Below are positions 19,975-29,069 of a stretch of 42,746 nt of DNA, one piece after another. The position numbers and the translations under genes are program-made. Numbering within the stretch: the stretch's first letter is position 1; each line of letters starts with the position of its first letter. This DNA is from a virus (Duplodnaviria; Caudoviricetes), in the IMG/VR virus record IMGVR_UViG_3300033407_000044, positions 1 to 42,746 of that record. One strand, written 5' to 3'. Below the pieces are notes generated by a model. That model was not told the DNA's origin and made no database searches. It saw only the letters and a list, made by a program, of their open reading frames with translations.

Positions 19975-20277
19975 ATGGGCGTATTTGCTTTATTCGAAAT
20001 TGCGATAAAACTCCTTAAATATATTAAAACTCCTTATGGTGTTTTAATCGCCGCTTTAGCAGTAGTTGTTAGCATTGGGGCGTACGCAGCTTACGACGAT
20101 ATCGCAAAAAAGCACCAGTCAGCCATTGAAAAAATAGAGTCCAACACCGGCGAAATAAATGCACTACAATTACAAAATGCAGTTATTCTATCGACATTAG
20201 AGCAAATAAGTAAGACTGTTAATAAAACCGACGATCGTATCTGGCAAATGGTGCAAGAATTAAAAAGTAAGAAATAA
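19975..20277 (+). CDS. Membrane protein, holin- or i-spanin-like
   Basis: One TM helix (GVLIAALAVVVSIGAYAAY) plus coiled coil. Start moved to ATG 19975, 6 nt after TATAAT. Confidence 0.5.
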   Translation: MGVFALFEIAIKLLKYIKTPYGVLIAALAVVVSIGAYAAYDDIAKKHQSAIEKIESNTGEINALQLQNAVILSTLEQISKTVNKTDDRIWQMVQELKSKK

Positions 20278-20295
20278 GAAAAGGGAGGCATTTTC

Positions 20296-21021
20296 GTGAC
20301 AACTTTTCGTCAAGCTTGCGAGCCTTATTTTATGTTTTCGCCGATAATGAGCAACAGGCCATACCAAGAGCCTGACGGCAACGGCCCTGTTTACAACGCC
20401 CACTATTTCTCAATTTTAAAAATGCGCGGTGAGCTTGACCCCGTAAAAGATAGAGAGCATTTTCTTAAATCAATAGGCGAGCGAACTATTAGCCCCGGCG
20501 TTTATAACCGCTCATTTACGAAATTAGAGCACAACTCCCACGATAATTATATCGGCGACGCTCGATGCGCTCAACTCTTGGCCCCAGAAATTGCCGACGA
20601 TATTTACAGGCACGGGCTCTGCAATGATTGGGTTTACAACAATACCGGAAAAACCGATTTTGTTACTTTATTTAGAGCTTGGCACTGGCGGCTGACTGGC
20701 GTTGCGCAACACTATAAATTGTGTGCCAATCATCCGGTTACGCCTTTCGATGAATGGGCTTTTTGCATTGACAAAATATACACTAATTTCAAGCCTTTCA
20801 ATGCCACTAGCGGGCGACTTTTAGATTTATTAAAAATAGAGGCTTACGTTGACGGTCTGTATCAAAGCGACAAACTCGATAGCGCCGTCAATGCATTTGC
20901 AAACACAATTGAGAGCAAGTATCCTAGTAAACTAAGCGGGGTATATGGCGGGTATTTTGGCGACGAGCATCCGTTTGCCACTCATACTAAAAATTTTAAC
21001 GTTAGGAGAAAACAAAAATGA
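20296..21021 (+). CDS. Hypothetical protein, possibly an enzyme
   Basis: GGAGG SD, GTG start; His/Asp/Tyr-rich motifs DGNG, PGVYNR, SHDNYIG. Confidence 0.65.
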   Translation: MTTFRQACEPYFMFSPIMSNRPYQEPDGNGPVYNAHYFSILKMRGELDPVKDREHFLKSIGERTISPGVYNRSFTKLEHNSHDNYIGDARCAQLLAPEIADDIYRHGLCNDWVYNNTGKTDFVTLFRAWHWRLTGVAQHYKLCANHPVTPFDEWAFCIDKIYTNFKPFNATSGRLLDLLKIEAYVDGLYQSDKLDSAVNAFANTIESKYPSKLSGVYGGYFGDEHPFATHTKNFNVRRKQK

Positions 21022-21317
21022 TAGAAAAACAAGAAATTGAATGGGCAAAAGAAACTGGCGACCATGGCGAAATTTTAAAAGAAATATCTCGCGGCATCGC
21101 TGAGAAAAAATCATTAATAGAGATTGCGTCTAGCTTACCCGACGAGGTTATGGAGGCCATAAACGGAGCCGATCAAACTGACGACGAGTTTCGCGAAAAC
21201 TTGCCTGTTGTTGCTGCAACAATTGGTTACCAACTTGGTTACTCACTTGGCCTAATTTTACAAAAGCGTGCTGAGCCTAAAGATGAGGCTCCTGTTGAGG
21301 GCGACGCGCAAGCTTAA
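21018..21317 (+). CDS. Hypothetical acidic helical protein
   Basis: AGGAG SD; overlapping operon packing. Confidence 0.65.
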   Translation: MIEKQEIEWAKETGDHGEILKEISRGIAEKKSLIEIASSLPDEVMEAINGADQTDDEFRENLPVVAATIGYQLGYSLGLILQKRAEPKDEAPVEGDAQA

Positions 21318-22054
21318 TGAAAAAGCGCCTAATAAAAAAAATTATCTTCGCAGCCTTGGGCGCGCTTCTCCTATTATTAGGAGGGTGCGCTCAATTTCAA
21401 GCTGCGCCTGAGTTAAACCCTGAAATTGAGTATCAACCAGATATATACTTACGAGCTGATGGGCGCGAGGGCCGGGGCTTTTTAGTTTTACCTAATAAGT
21501 CTTATTTAGATATTGAGGTAAAATCGCCTGGTAAAATTTCAATGCTTTTAGCAACCTCTTGCCATAGGCAAGAATCTAATTACGATATAAAATCGGGTTG
21601 GTTTAGGTCAGGTAAAGAATTTACTTATCGGCATACGCCAAACGGTGACGTTGAAAATTGCCTTTTACGTTTTGAAAGTTTCGATCAATCTAGCAAAAAG
21701 CGCCATGCTTGGGGCTTGATTGCAATGGCTAGCCCAATTGATAGCTTGCCCGCCGAATTGTATTGCGACGGCTCTCATGCTTTCCCTCGTGGCAACTCTA
21801 AAGCTATGCTTGGCGGCACTTCGCTTTGCATTGCCTGGCACGGACTCGATCAGAGAATTATTTTTAAAAGCCCTGTTGACGTTGTTTTTGACGACCCTAA
21901 TTGCGCGATACCCGTATCTGCGGACGGTAAAACTTGGGACTTTAAAATAAAAAAACATTTATGCGTTTATATTTTTGCCGATAAAAAAGCCCCATATGAC
22001 ACTCACAATTTAACAACTTTTGGCTACGACGAGGTACCTGTACGGATAAAATGA
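21317..22054 (+). CDS. Lipoprotein, Cys-rich
   Basis: Basic N-region, hydrophobic core, lipobox LGGC; 6 further Cys. Confidence 0.75.
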   Translation: MKKRLIKKIIFAALGALLLLLGGCAQFQAAPELNPEIEYQPDIYLRADGREGRGFLVLPNKSYLDIEVKSPGKISMLLATSCHRQESNYDIKSGWFRSGKEFTYRHTPNGDVENCLLRFESFDQSSKKRHAWGLIAMASPIDSLPAELYCDGSHAFPRGNSKAMLGGTSLCIAWHGLDQRIIFKSPVDVVFDDPNCAIPVSADGKTWDFKIKKHLCVYIFADKKAPYDTHNLTTFGYDEVPVRIK

Positions 22055-22278
22055 TTAAGCTGTTAACTGTTTTCGCGCCTATTATTTTGAAAGTTATTGA
22101 GATGTTTAGCTCAAGCAAAAGTGCTGCCTCAGAAAATAAGAAATCATTTATTGAATATATTGAGAAAAGTATTGATAAACAAAAAATGTCTATTGATGCA
22201 AAAGACTCAGCTAAAAGGCAACGAATTGAATTGCAAAAATTAAGACTTGAGAGATTGAAAAAAGAGGCAGAAAAATGA
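22051..22278 (+). CDS. Small protein with hydrophobic N-terminus and basic coiled coil
   Basis: ATGA overlap; MIKLLTVFAPIILKVIEMF start. Confidence 0.6.
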   Translation: MIKLLTVFAPIILKVIEMFSSSKSAASENKKSFIEYIEKSIDKQKMSIDAKDSAKRQRIELQKLRLERLKKEAEK

Positions 22279-24146
22279 GTGTAATTACAACTTTTCCATT
22301 CACAACGCCGGCAAACTATACAGGCATAAACGCTGAGGTATCAGGAGGCGTTGGCAAACTTGGGCTCGTAGACAATCCAGGGCAGATATTTTCTAATGCT
22401 TTTACGAATGATACAGGTTTTACATATGATAATACTATGGCCGAATTTACAGGCGGCTTAGTAAGGTCTAAAGATCAAAGGCCCGCCAATGCAATACTTG
22501 CGGCAACTTATACTAGCTCAGTAGATTTAAGTTGGGCTAGTTTTTCCCCATTAACAGGAACGCTGAGCGGTACTCCGATCATTTCGGGTACTAAGCTAGT
22601 TTGCACGGGAGCGCAAGGCGTTTACTACTCAAACGCCGCAATCGGAGCGATACAAAATATAGGTACTATGCGGGCGAAATACACTCCCAATTACACAACT
22701 TCGCCGCCGACAAATGTGAATATACTGACGCTTTGGAACGGCTCGAATAGCGATGACAGAATCGTTTTAACCAACTCGCCGTCGGGCAACAATTTGAGGC
22801 TAACTGTCAGCGATTCAACCGGGACGTCAATAGTTGGAACCGCTGCAATCGGAGGGGCTTGGGCACCTACCGCAGGCCAAGAATATGAGTTTTTATTAAC
22901 TTGGGATACCTCAACAGGCACTTTCAGGCTTTTCATTGACGGTGTTTTACATGGCACAATAACCGTCGGTGCTTACACTCGCAGCACTAGTGCTATTCGT
23001 TTTGCCGTTGGGGCGAACGCTAGCGTTTATAATGTTGCCGAGGGCTCTTTTGCCGATGCGGTTTTGTACAGCACTGTTTTATTTACTTCGGGATACACTC
23101 CCGGATACACCTTAACTGAAACTGCTTACCTTGAATCAAAAATCGATGGCCCCAATTTTAGTTACACTGGAATAGGCACGGTCGTTTCGGTTGACGACGC
23201 GACTTTTACTGAGTCCGGGGCACCTCGATACTTAGTCGGCGGTTTATATTGGAATGGTTCGGCTTGGGTTGCTTCTGACGGCTCATACGCACAAGCAAAT
23301 GATTCGACAACTTTAGTGGCAAACTTAGGAGCTCTTGATCTTGGCGGCGGCGTTTTGCCCTGGTCTGTAATTTTTCCTAGTAGCAACACACAAGCGTCGA
23401 TTGATGATTTTAGTATTGAAGTTACTGGCCAACAATATGCAGCCGAGGGCTCGCTCGAAACAAATAACGCTTTCGTTGCTCGTGAGTTTACTGACTTTCA
23501 AGCTGAGGAGTCGGCCCCTGGTTCGACGGCAATTAAATATATATTTGTTATAAATGGCATCGAGTATTATCACAATGGCACGGATTGGGTTATTAGCGAT
23601 GGCTCGGCTACGCAAGCAAATACGTTGGCCGAAGTACAAGCAAACGTGGCAACATTATTGAGTTTAAACTCTAATTGCAAAATAAAAGTTGTAATGACTG
23701 GCGACCAAACCGAAACACCTGAAATTGACTCAGTTACAGTTACCTATGACTTTGGGGCTATCGAGCCCGCGGCACCCACACAATGCCAAGTTTATGGCTT
23801 TTTAAAGGACTCTGAAAACAACCCGATCGCCAACGCCGTAGTTACCGCGCAACCTAATCGCGAAATTGACGAATATGTTGAGGCCGCCGATCGCGTTATT
23901 ACAAAAATAATTTCAAAAACAACCGATGCAAATGGCTTTTTCAGCTTTAACTTAATTATCTCTGACGACTTCGAAGTTGACGTTGGCGCGGACCCTATGC
24001 AATATGTGCTCGCGATTACACCTGAAAATGCAACAACACCTATATTTAAAAACGGGTTAGATACTGCCAACGTTGCCAAGAAAATACTTTTTGAAGTGCC
24101 AAACCAAGCTTCGGTAAATATCACTGATCAAATAGGAGCCGTGTAA
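22275..24146 (+). CDS. Virion-type protein with LamG/concanavalin domain and C-terminal Ig-like domain
   Basis: GQEYEF.LTWD...FRLFIDGV, G.F.DA.LY (LamG); VYGFLKD...PI.NA.V..TDANGFF (carboxypeptidase regulatory-like); Thr/Gly rich. Confidence 0.75.
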   Translation: MSVITTFPFTTPANYTGINAEVSGGVGKLGLVDNPGQIFSNAFTNDTGFTYDNTMAEFTGGLVRSKDQRPANAILAATYTSSVDLSWASFSPLTGTLSGTPIISGTKLVCTGAQGVYYSNAAIGAIQNIGTMRAKYTPNYTTSPPTNVNILTLWNGSNSDDRIVLTNSPSGNNLRLTVSDSTGTSIVGTAAIGGAWAPTAGQEYEFLLTWDTSTGTFRLFIDGVLHGTITVGAYTRSTSAIRFAVGANASVYNVAEGSFADAVLYSTVLFTSGYTPGYTLTETAYLESKIDGPNFSYTGIGTVVSVDDATFTESGAPRYLVGGLYWNGSAWVASDGSYAQANDSTTLVANLGALDLGGGVLPWSVIFPSSNTQASIDDFSIEVTGQQYAAEGSLETNNAFVAREFTDFQAEESAPGSTAIKYIFVINGIEYYHNGTDWVISDGSATQANTLAEVQANVATLLSLNSNCKIKVVMTGDQTETPEIDSVTVTYDFGAIEPAAPTQCQVYGFLKDSENNPIANAVVTAQPNREIDEYVEAADRVITKIISKTTDANGFFSFNLIISDDFEVDVGADPMQYVLAITPENATTPIFKNGLDTANVAKKILFEVPNQASVNITDQIGAV

Positions 24147-24455
24147 ATGCAAGCTGATAAAATTTTAAATAGAACGACTCGAATTATCTCGCGTATAGAG
24201 GGAGCTAAGCAACTAATTTTAAGCGAAAAGATTGGCTTTGATATGGAAAAAATAAAGCCTCTTTTCGGTAAGTTAACTAGCGAAATTAAAGATCAATCCG
24301 ACAACCTTTATAAAGAAGCTAGCAAGCCGAAACCTCCTAGAAAAGCAGGCGATTTACTGCAAGAGATAGCCGACAAAAAACAAATTACGCCTGAATTATT
24401 AAAAGAGATTGAGCAGTTAATAAACGCTAAAGATGTAAAAGTAAAAACACGCTAA
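24147..24455 (+). CDS. Hypothetical protein
   Basis: Abuts the previous stop; helical, charged. Confidence 0.6.
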   Translation: MQADKILNRTTRIISRIEGAKQLILSEKIGFDMEKIKPLFGKLTSEIKDQSDNLYKEASKPKPPRKAGDLLQEIADKKQITPELLKEIEQLINAKDVKVKTR

Positions 24456-24501
24456 AATTTACTGATACATTTCGTCATTTTAATGTGGCAAAATTAACTT
24501 A

Positions 24502-25302
24502 GTGGGCTCTAAAAAATTTATTCCAAAAATAATTTTATTCGATATCGAGACACTGCCTAACTGGTTTGAAATTCTGCGAGTTTGGCCAAGGCTTAGCGCC
24601 TACCCAGGGCTGACTTTAAAAGCTACAATCACAACTATTATTTGCGCGGGTTGGAAAGTTTTCGGCGAGAAAAAAGTACATTGCATAAATGCTTGGGACT
24701 TTTCACGTTGGAAAAGAAACATTAACGACGACTATACTGTTGTTAAAAAAATCAGTAAAATTTTATCGACTGCCGACGCTGTTGTCACTCACAACGGCAA
24801 AAGTTTTGATTGGCGGTTTTTACAAACTCGGCTTGCTTATCATAAATTGCCGCTACTAACTAACTTGCACCATATTGATACAAAAGAAGTAGCAAAAAAG
24901 CACTTTTTTGCTTTCAATAATAAATTAGAAACAATTGGCCGGTTATTGGCAAATGACAAAAAGCTCGAAAATGGAGGTTGGGACTTGTGGGTCAAAGTCG
25001 CTGGCAACAATGCGAGGGCTAAGAAGCTAATGAGCGACTATTGCAAACAAGACGTTTTACTTTTAGAAAAATGCTATAAAGAGATGCGCCCGTTAATTTC
25101 AAATATCCCCAATCACAATTTATTTATTAACGACGGGCTGATAGATAAAGAAAGCCGCGTTTGTCCAAATTGTGGCGGCTCTCGATTGTATGCTCACGGT
25201 TTGCGAATTACAAAAACAACTAAGTACCGGCGGTATCGTTGTCGCGATTGCCGCAGTTTTTGCCGTACCGACAAAAAAGATGCAAAACCGAGAAGCATAT
25301 GA
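24502..25302 (+). CDS. RNase H-like DEDD 3'-5' exonuclease with C-terminal zinc ribbon
   Basis: FDIET, HNGKSFD, HIDT, YCKQDV; CPNC...CRDC. Confidence 0.88.
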   Translation: MGSKKFIPKIILFDIETLPNWFEILRVWPRLSAYPGLTLKATITTIICAGWKVFGEKKVHCINAWDFSRWKRNINDDYTVVKKISKILSTADAVVTHNGKSFDWRFLQTRLAYHKLPLLTNLHHIDTKEVAKKHFFAFNNKLETIGRLLANDKKLENGGWDLWVKVAGNNARAKKLMSDYCKQDVLLLEKCYKEMRPLISNIPNHNLFINDGLIDKESRVCPNCGGSRLYAHGLRITKTTKYRRYRCRDCRSFCRTDKKDAKPRSI

Positions 25303-25658
25303 GAGGGCGAGTCAAGATACTTGGCTTTCATTGGACTTATAAAATGATGACTCTTGCCGAGTTTCTACAATTACACCCTGAATGCGAGGATAGCGGCGCG
25401 CTTTGCTTGATAAAAAAGAGGCAAATTCATTTTATAGATGAGGAGCTTTCCCTTGGCATAGTAAGACACGAAGTCAGGCATGCTTTTCTATCTTGCCTTT
25501 GCCTTGAGTCTACAAAAATAAGCATTGAGGACTTTGAAGAAATCAACTGTACTTTAGACGAAACTCGTTGGGATCAAATGGACGAAACGAGTAAAAAAAT
25601 TTATAAACGATTAAAAAGTGCCAAAAAAAGCCACAAAAATATTGTGGCTCAGTTGTAA
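25299..25658 (+). CDS. HExxH metallopeptidase-like protein
   Basis: IVRHEVRHA plus downstream EE; true start probably ATG 25299 overlapping the exonuclease stop. Confidence 0.65.
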   Translation: MRGRVKILGFHWTYKMMTLAEFLQLHPECEDSGALCLIKKRQIHFIDEELSLGIVRHEVRHAFLSCLCLESTKISIEDFEEINCTLDETRWDQMDETSKKIYKRLKSAKKSHKNIVAQL

Positions 25659-25676
25659 AATTGCGCAACTTTACAA
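25623..25676. terminator. Hairpins at the convergence of the two arms
   Basis: AGCCACAA-N5-TTGTGGCT with A-run (U-tract on - strand), then imperfect palindrome TTGTAAAATTGCGCAACTTTACAA. Confidence 0.65.
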
Positions 25677-25681
25677 AATTA

Positions 25682-25864
25682 CTATTTATCACCTAAGCTT
25701 TTAGCACGATCAGCGTAAGCCAATAACTGCGTGATTGAGTGTTGCTCACCGCTTTGTAATTTATAGCACTCCTCAAGCATTAATTTTTCTAAAGCTTCTT
25801 TTGATTTTGCATTACCAGCGTTCGCTTTCGCTTCTTTTCTAGTTACTTCTTTTCTACTTGCCAT
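25682..25864 (-). CDS. Hypothetical protein
   Basis: AGGAG SD with good spacing. Confidence 0.65.
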   Translation of the reverse strand: MASRKEVTRKEAKANAGNAKSKEALEKLMLEECYKLQSGEQHSITQLLAYADRAKSLGDK

Positions 25865-25935
25865 TTTATTAGCTCCTTTTTTTTTGATTGTTTTATTGAT
25901 TTTGTTTTATCAATTTACTGTAAACATTAGTACAA

Positions 25936-26454
25936 TTACTTAATTTTCTCAATGTGAGGTGCATTTTTCGCCAGTGCTAGCATTAAAATAAATGCTTTAG
26001 CCGGCGGTAAGTCCTCTTGCTCGCCCAATAGGACGCCCGCCGCGCTGAGTAAAACGCGTCCATATTCTGAGCAATAAGTTTCCTCTTTATTTTCGAACGG
26101 GTTTTTTGAGAGCCCAAAAACTGCCATGACTCCGCAGCCAAGCATTTCGCGAGTACCATATTTTTGGCCAACAGTACTAAATGCTTTTAGCAAAAAATCG
26201 TTAAATTGTTGAGGTAGTAAACGAATTAAAAATTCGTGCATTGGCGTGCGACGCTTTTTAAATTCGCTAAAAAGTTGCACAACGACGCCTTTGCCTATCG
26301 CGTGGGCAACTAGCTTGACGCCTCCCAATTCAAAGCAAACATACATATGCGAAAAATCAATTCTAAAAACTCGCATTTGTAATTTTGAAATAAGTCCAGG
26401 ACTGTGGCTTTTTGAAAACCCAACATAAATATGTCGTGTTTGAGCTATTTCCAT
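25936..26454 (-). CDS. Permuted papain-like amidase (YiiX/YaeF, NlpC/P60 clan)
   Basis: FSH, HA.G.GV, G.KY and C-terminal CSE in His-before-Cys order. Confidence 0.8.
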   Translation of the reverse strand: MEIAQTRHIYVGFSKSHSPGLISKLQMRVFRIDFSHMYVCFELGGVKLVAHAIGKGVVVQLFSEFKKRRTPMHEFLIRLLPQQFNDFLLKAFSTVGQKYGTREMLGCGVMAVFGLSKNPFENKEETYCSEYGRVLLSAAGVLLGEQEDLPPAKAFILMLALAKNAPHIEKIK

Positions 26455-26481
26455 TTTTTTTTCTCCTGTTATTGTTTTTTC

Positions 26482-28716
26482 TTACTTAAAAATATCACAA
26501 TCCAAGTCAATGTCATCGTCTATTTTTTCCCAGATAATTTTATGGCCGATAAACTCCTCGAATAAATCTCGGCATTCGGCTAATTTTGGGAAAACATAAA
26601 CTCGTTGCCTTTCGCCGTTTATAGTTACTCTTTTAGTTTTGATTTTAGGAATACACTTTAAAATATCTTTACCAAAAGCGGAGGCATCCGGCAGCCACGA
26701 GCGAACGTTTCTATATTTAGCAAACGAAATGCAAGCATCACGTAGGTCATTACGGTTGACGTTTGTCATCCATTCTTTATCATTGAAAGGCAGGTTTATA
26801 AACACGCCCTCTTGCAAACAAGAATAAAGCCACGATTGCACAACGTTGAGCGTTTGTAGTTTTTGATCTAATAGCCCCTCAGTAATCGGCGCAACGTTAA
26901 CGTCAACAGTTTTTAAATCAAAGTCTAAAAACTCGCGCATTAAAAGCCTGTTGCCTCCTTTTTCATCTAGTAAAATTCGCATTTTTTTAAAGTAACTATT
27001 CTGCCCGCGTCTATCACTGCTGACATTAAAAACAGCAAAGCGTCGCTCGTCGCGGGTTGCAGGCACAACCCAGTCCTCGTTTGATAGCAAAACAATTCTC
27101 GTTAAATTTTTAGTTGAATAAACCTCGTTACCTTTGGGCTCAATTAAGTGCTCGTTGCCTGTAATAATATCTTTTAAAGCGCCCTCAGCCTGTTTGTCGC
27201 CACTCCAAACTGCCTCGTCTAAAACAAATAATAAAAGATTGGCCATGTGAGCGTTAAAGTTACTAACTAAATAGCGCTTGTTAGGCGCAGTTTTATAGTG
27301 CGCTCCGATCAATTTGCCGACACGATCAATTAAAGCGTTTTTGCCTACTCCTTTTTCACCTTTAAAAACTAAAGCAGTTAGCGGCTTTTCATAGGGCTTT
27401 TGAATTAAATGAGCAAAATAGCCCATTAGCCAGCTAAATAATTCAGCACTGCCTTTGCAAACATTATCTAGCGCGTGCTCTTTAAAAATTCGCACACCCT
27501 CGACCATTTCGGGCGTTGGCTTTTCATTCTTTTCTAAGGGCTCGACCATAAAACCCTGCCATAAATTGAAAACGTTCGGCGGCGCTTTTTGGCAAGGCAT
27601 TAAGTTTACATAGTCGTAATTTGCTCGCTCAGGAGACTTGAACCATACCTCGCTTAACTGTTTCCAACTTTTGCCCATTTGAATTTGCTGAGCTTTGAGT
27701 GAATCGTGAAAGGCTTGCACTCGCATGTATTCGATACTTCTATCTGATCGCCGTCGTAGAATACGCGACTGCCCGCCTAACACGATAAAACCGTAAGTTT
27801 TATTTAATTCTTTTACAGGGCTCAAAATTTCGTTTTCGACATCCTCTTTTTCAACAGGCGTGAAATCGGCCTCAGGCGAGTCGGCCCCAATTGTGTTTTG
27901 CCCGTAAGAATATGCATTTTCTATCTTACGTCGTAACTCGTCTAAGTCCCAAGGTGGCTGGCATTTTGTATTCCAATTATCAGCCAATAAATCAAAAGCA
28001 TTGTCAATAGAAACACCAAAATCTTTTAACTTAGCTGAAACTTGAAATGTTGTGTGGTCGCCACCGTCGCCCTGAATTGCAAGCGGCGCTTTTTTCAAAT
28101 AATCAAGAGTTCGTTTTTTCGCAGTCTCTTGGCTCACTTCGATTTTTGCCTCGATAGTTCGTTTTTCGACTTTTTCGTTTGCTTTTAATTTTTTAACTAG
28201 CCAGGAGGGAGCGTCAGCAATCGGATTATCGATAAAAGTATATTGCCCGGCGGGCACAACTGAGCCAGGGGCAACAACATAACCGCCGCGCGAGCGGATA
28301 TCGAGCCCTGGGCCTAAAACGTCAGTGCCTTGTTTCAAGGGCTCATTGTGTTTATAAATTAAATGCAGGCCTCCTGTTGGCGTTTTTGTTGTAAAAGTTT
28401 TTGGAAAATTAAAACCAGCGAGCTCCAAATTTAGCATTGTTTCGCTGCCTTTTTTGCTATCCTTATTATCAACGTCGACAACGATCAGCCCACAAATGCC
28501 TGTTTTTCTAGTTTGAAATTTTGAGGTTGCAATGCCAACATTATATTGATGCTCAACGCCCATTATAGGCTCAAGCCAAAAGCGACCCAAGTCGCTTGAA
28601 TCATCGGTTGCGCATTCAGTGTAATTACTTATTGCCGGTGTTTTCTTGCGCTCAATGAGAGGAAAAACAAAAAAGCCCATTGATGCGAGATTTTTCGCAG
28701 CTTTATAAAAGCTCAT
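26482..28716 (-). CDS. Prim-Pol primase fused to SF3-type (DUF5906) helicase
   Basis: VFPL, NVGIAT, VDVD, TPTGGLH, DIR..GGYVV; Walker A GEKGVGKN, VLDEA, DERRF. Confidence 0.93.
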   Translation of the reverse strand: MSFYKAAKNLASMGFFVFPLIERKKTPAISNYTECATDDSSDLGRFWLEPIMGVEHQYNVGIATSKFQTRKTGICGLIVVDVDNKDSKKGSETMLNLELAGFNFPKTFTTKTPTGGLHLIYKHNEPLKQGTDVLGPGLDIRSRGGYVVAPGSVVPAGQYTFIDNPIADAPSWLVKKLKANEKVEKRTIEAKIEVSQETAKKRTLDYLKKAPLAIQGDGGDHTTFQVSAKLKDFGVSIDNAFDLLADNWNTKCQPPWDLDELRRKIENAYSYGQNTIGADSPEADFTPVEKEDVENEILSPVKELNKTYGFIVLGGQSRILRRRSDRSIEYMRVQAFHDSLKAQQIQMGKSWKQLSEVWFKSPERANYDYVNLMPCQKAPPNVFNLWQGFMVEPLEKNEKPTPEMVEGVRIFKEHALDNVCKGSAELFSWLMGYFAHLIQKPYEKPLTALVFKGEKGVGKNALIDRVGKLIGAHYKTAPNKRYLVSNFNAHMANLLLFVLDEAVWSGDKQAEGALKDIITGNEHLIEPKGNEVYSTKNLTRIVLLSNEDWVVPATRDERRFAVFNVSSDRRGQNSYFKKMRILLDEKGGNRLLMREFLDFDLKTVDVNVAPITEGLLDQKLQTLNVVQSWLYSCLQEGVFINLPFNDKEWMTNVNRNDLRDACISFAKYRNVRSWLPDASAFGKDILKCIPKIKTKRVTINGERQRVYVFPKLAECRDLFEEFIGHKIIWEKIDDDIDLDCDIFK

Positions 28717-29069
28717 TAATCCCGCCCTTTCGATTTTTTCAAATTTCGCTTAACGCGATTTAATTTATAAAATGGTTTTGAGTTTTCTCTATGACTAAGT
28801 ATGCGTAAATTTTCTCGGCGATTGTCTAAACTATCGCCGTTAACATGATCAACAACGAAACCCGCAGGAATATCAGTAATACGACTTAAAATAAATCTAT
28901 GCATATAAATTTTCTGGCCGCTGGCGCAACGTAAAGCGTAGTACTTTTTATTTTTTCTTTTAGATTGAGTTTCGTTTGCGCGCCATTTATATTGATTAAC
29001 TTGCTCAAAGTCCTCAATAGATATAAGAGCAATTTTATTTTTAGTAAGTTTAATTTTTTTATAATTCAT
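28716..29069 (-). CDS. HNH endonuclease (free-standing, homing type)
   Basis: YMHRFI, VDHVNGDSLDNRRENLR; start likely ATG 29069 overlapping the pol stop. Confidence 0.9.
   Translation of the reverse strand: MNYKKIKLTKNKIALISIEDFEQVNQYKWRANETQSKRKNKKYYALRCASGQKIYMHRFILSRITDIPAGFVVDHVNGDSLDNRRENLRILSHRENSKPFYKLNRVKRNLKKSKGRD

Noticed and set aside
17889-24146. Diversity-generating retroelement or invertible fibre cassette
   Set aside because: No reverse transcriptase, invertase or TR/VR pair was seen.
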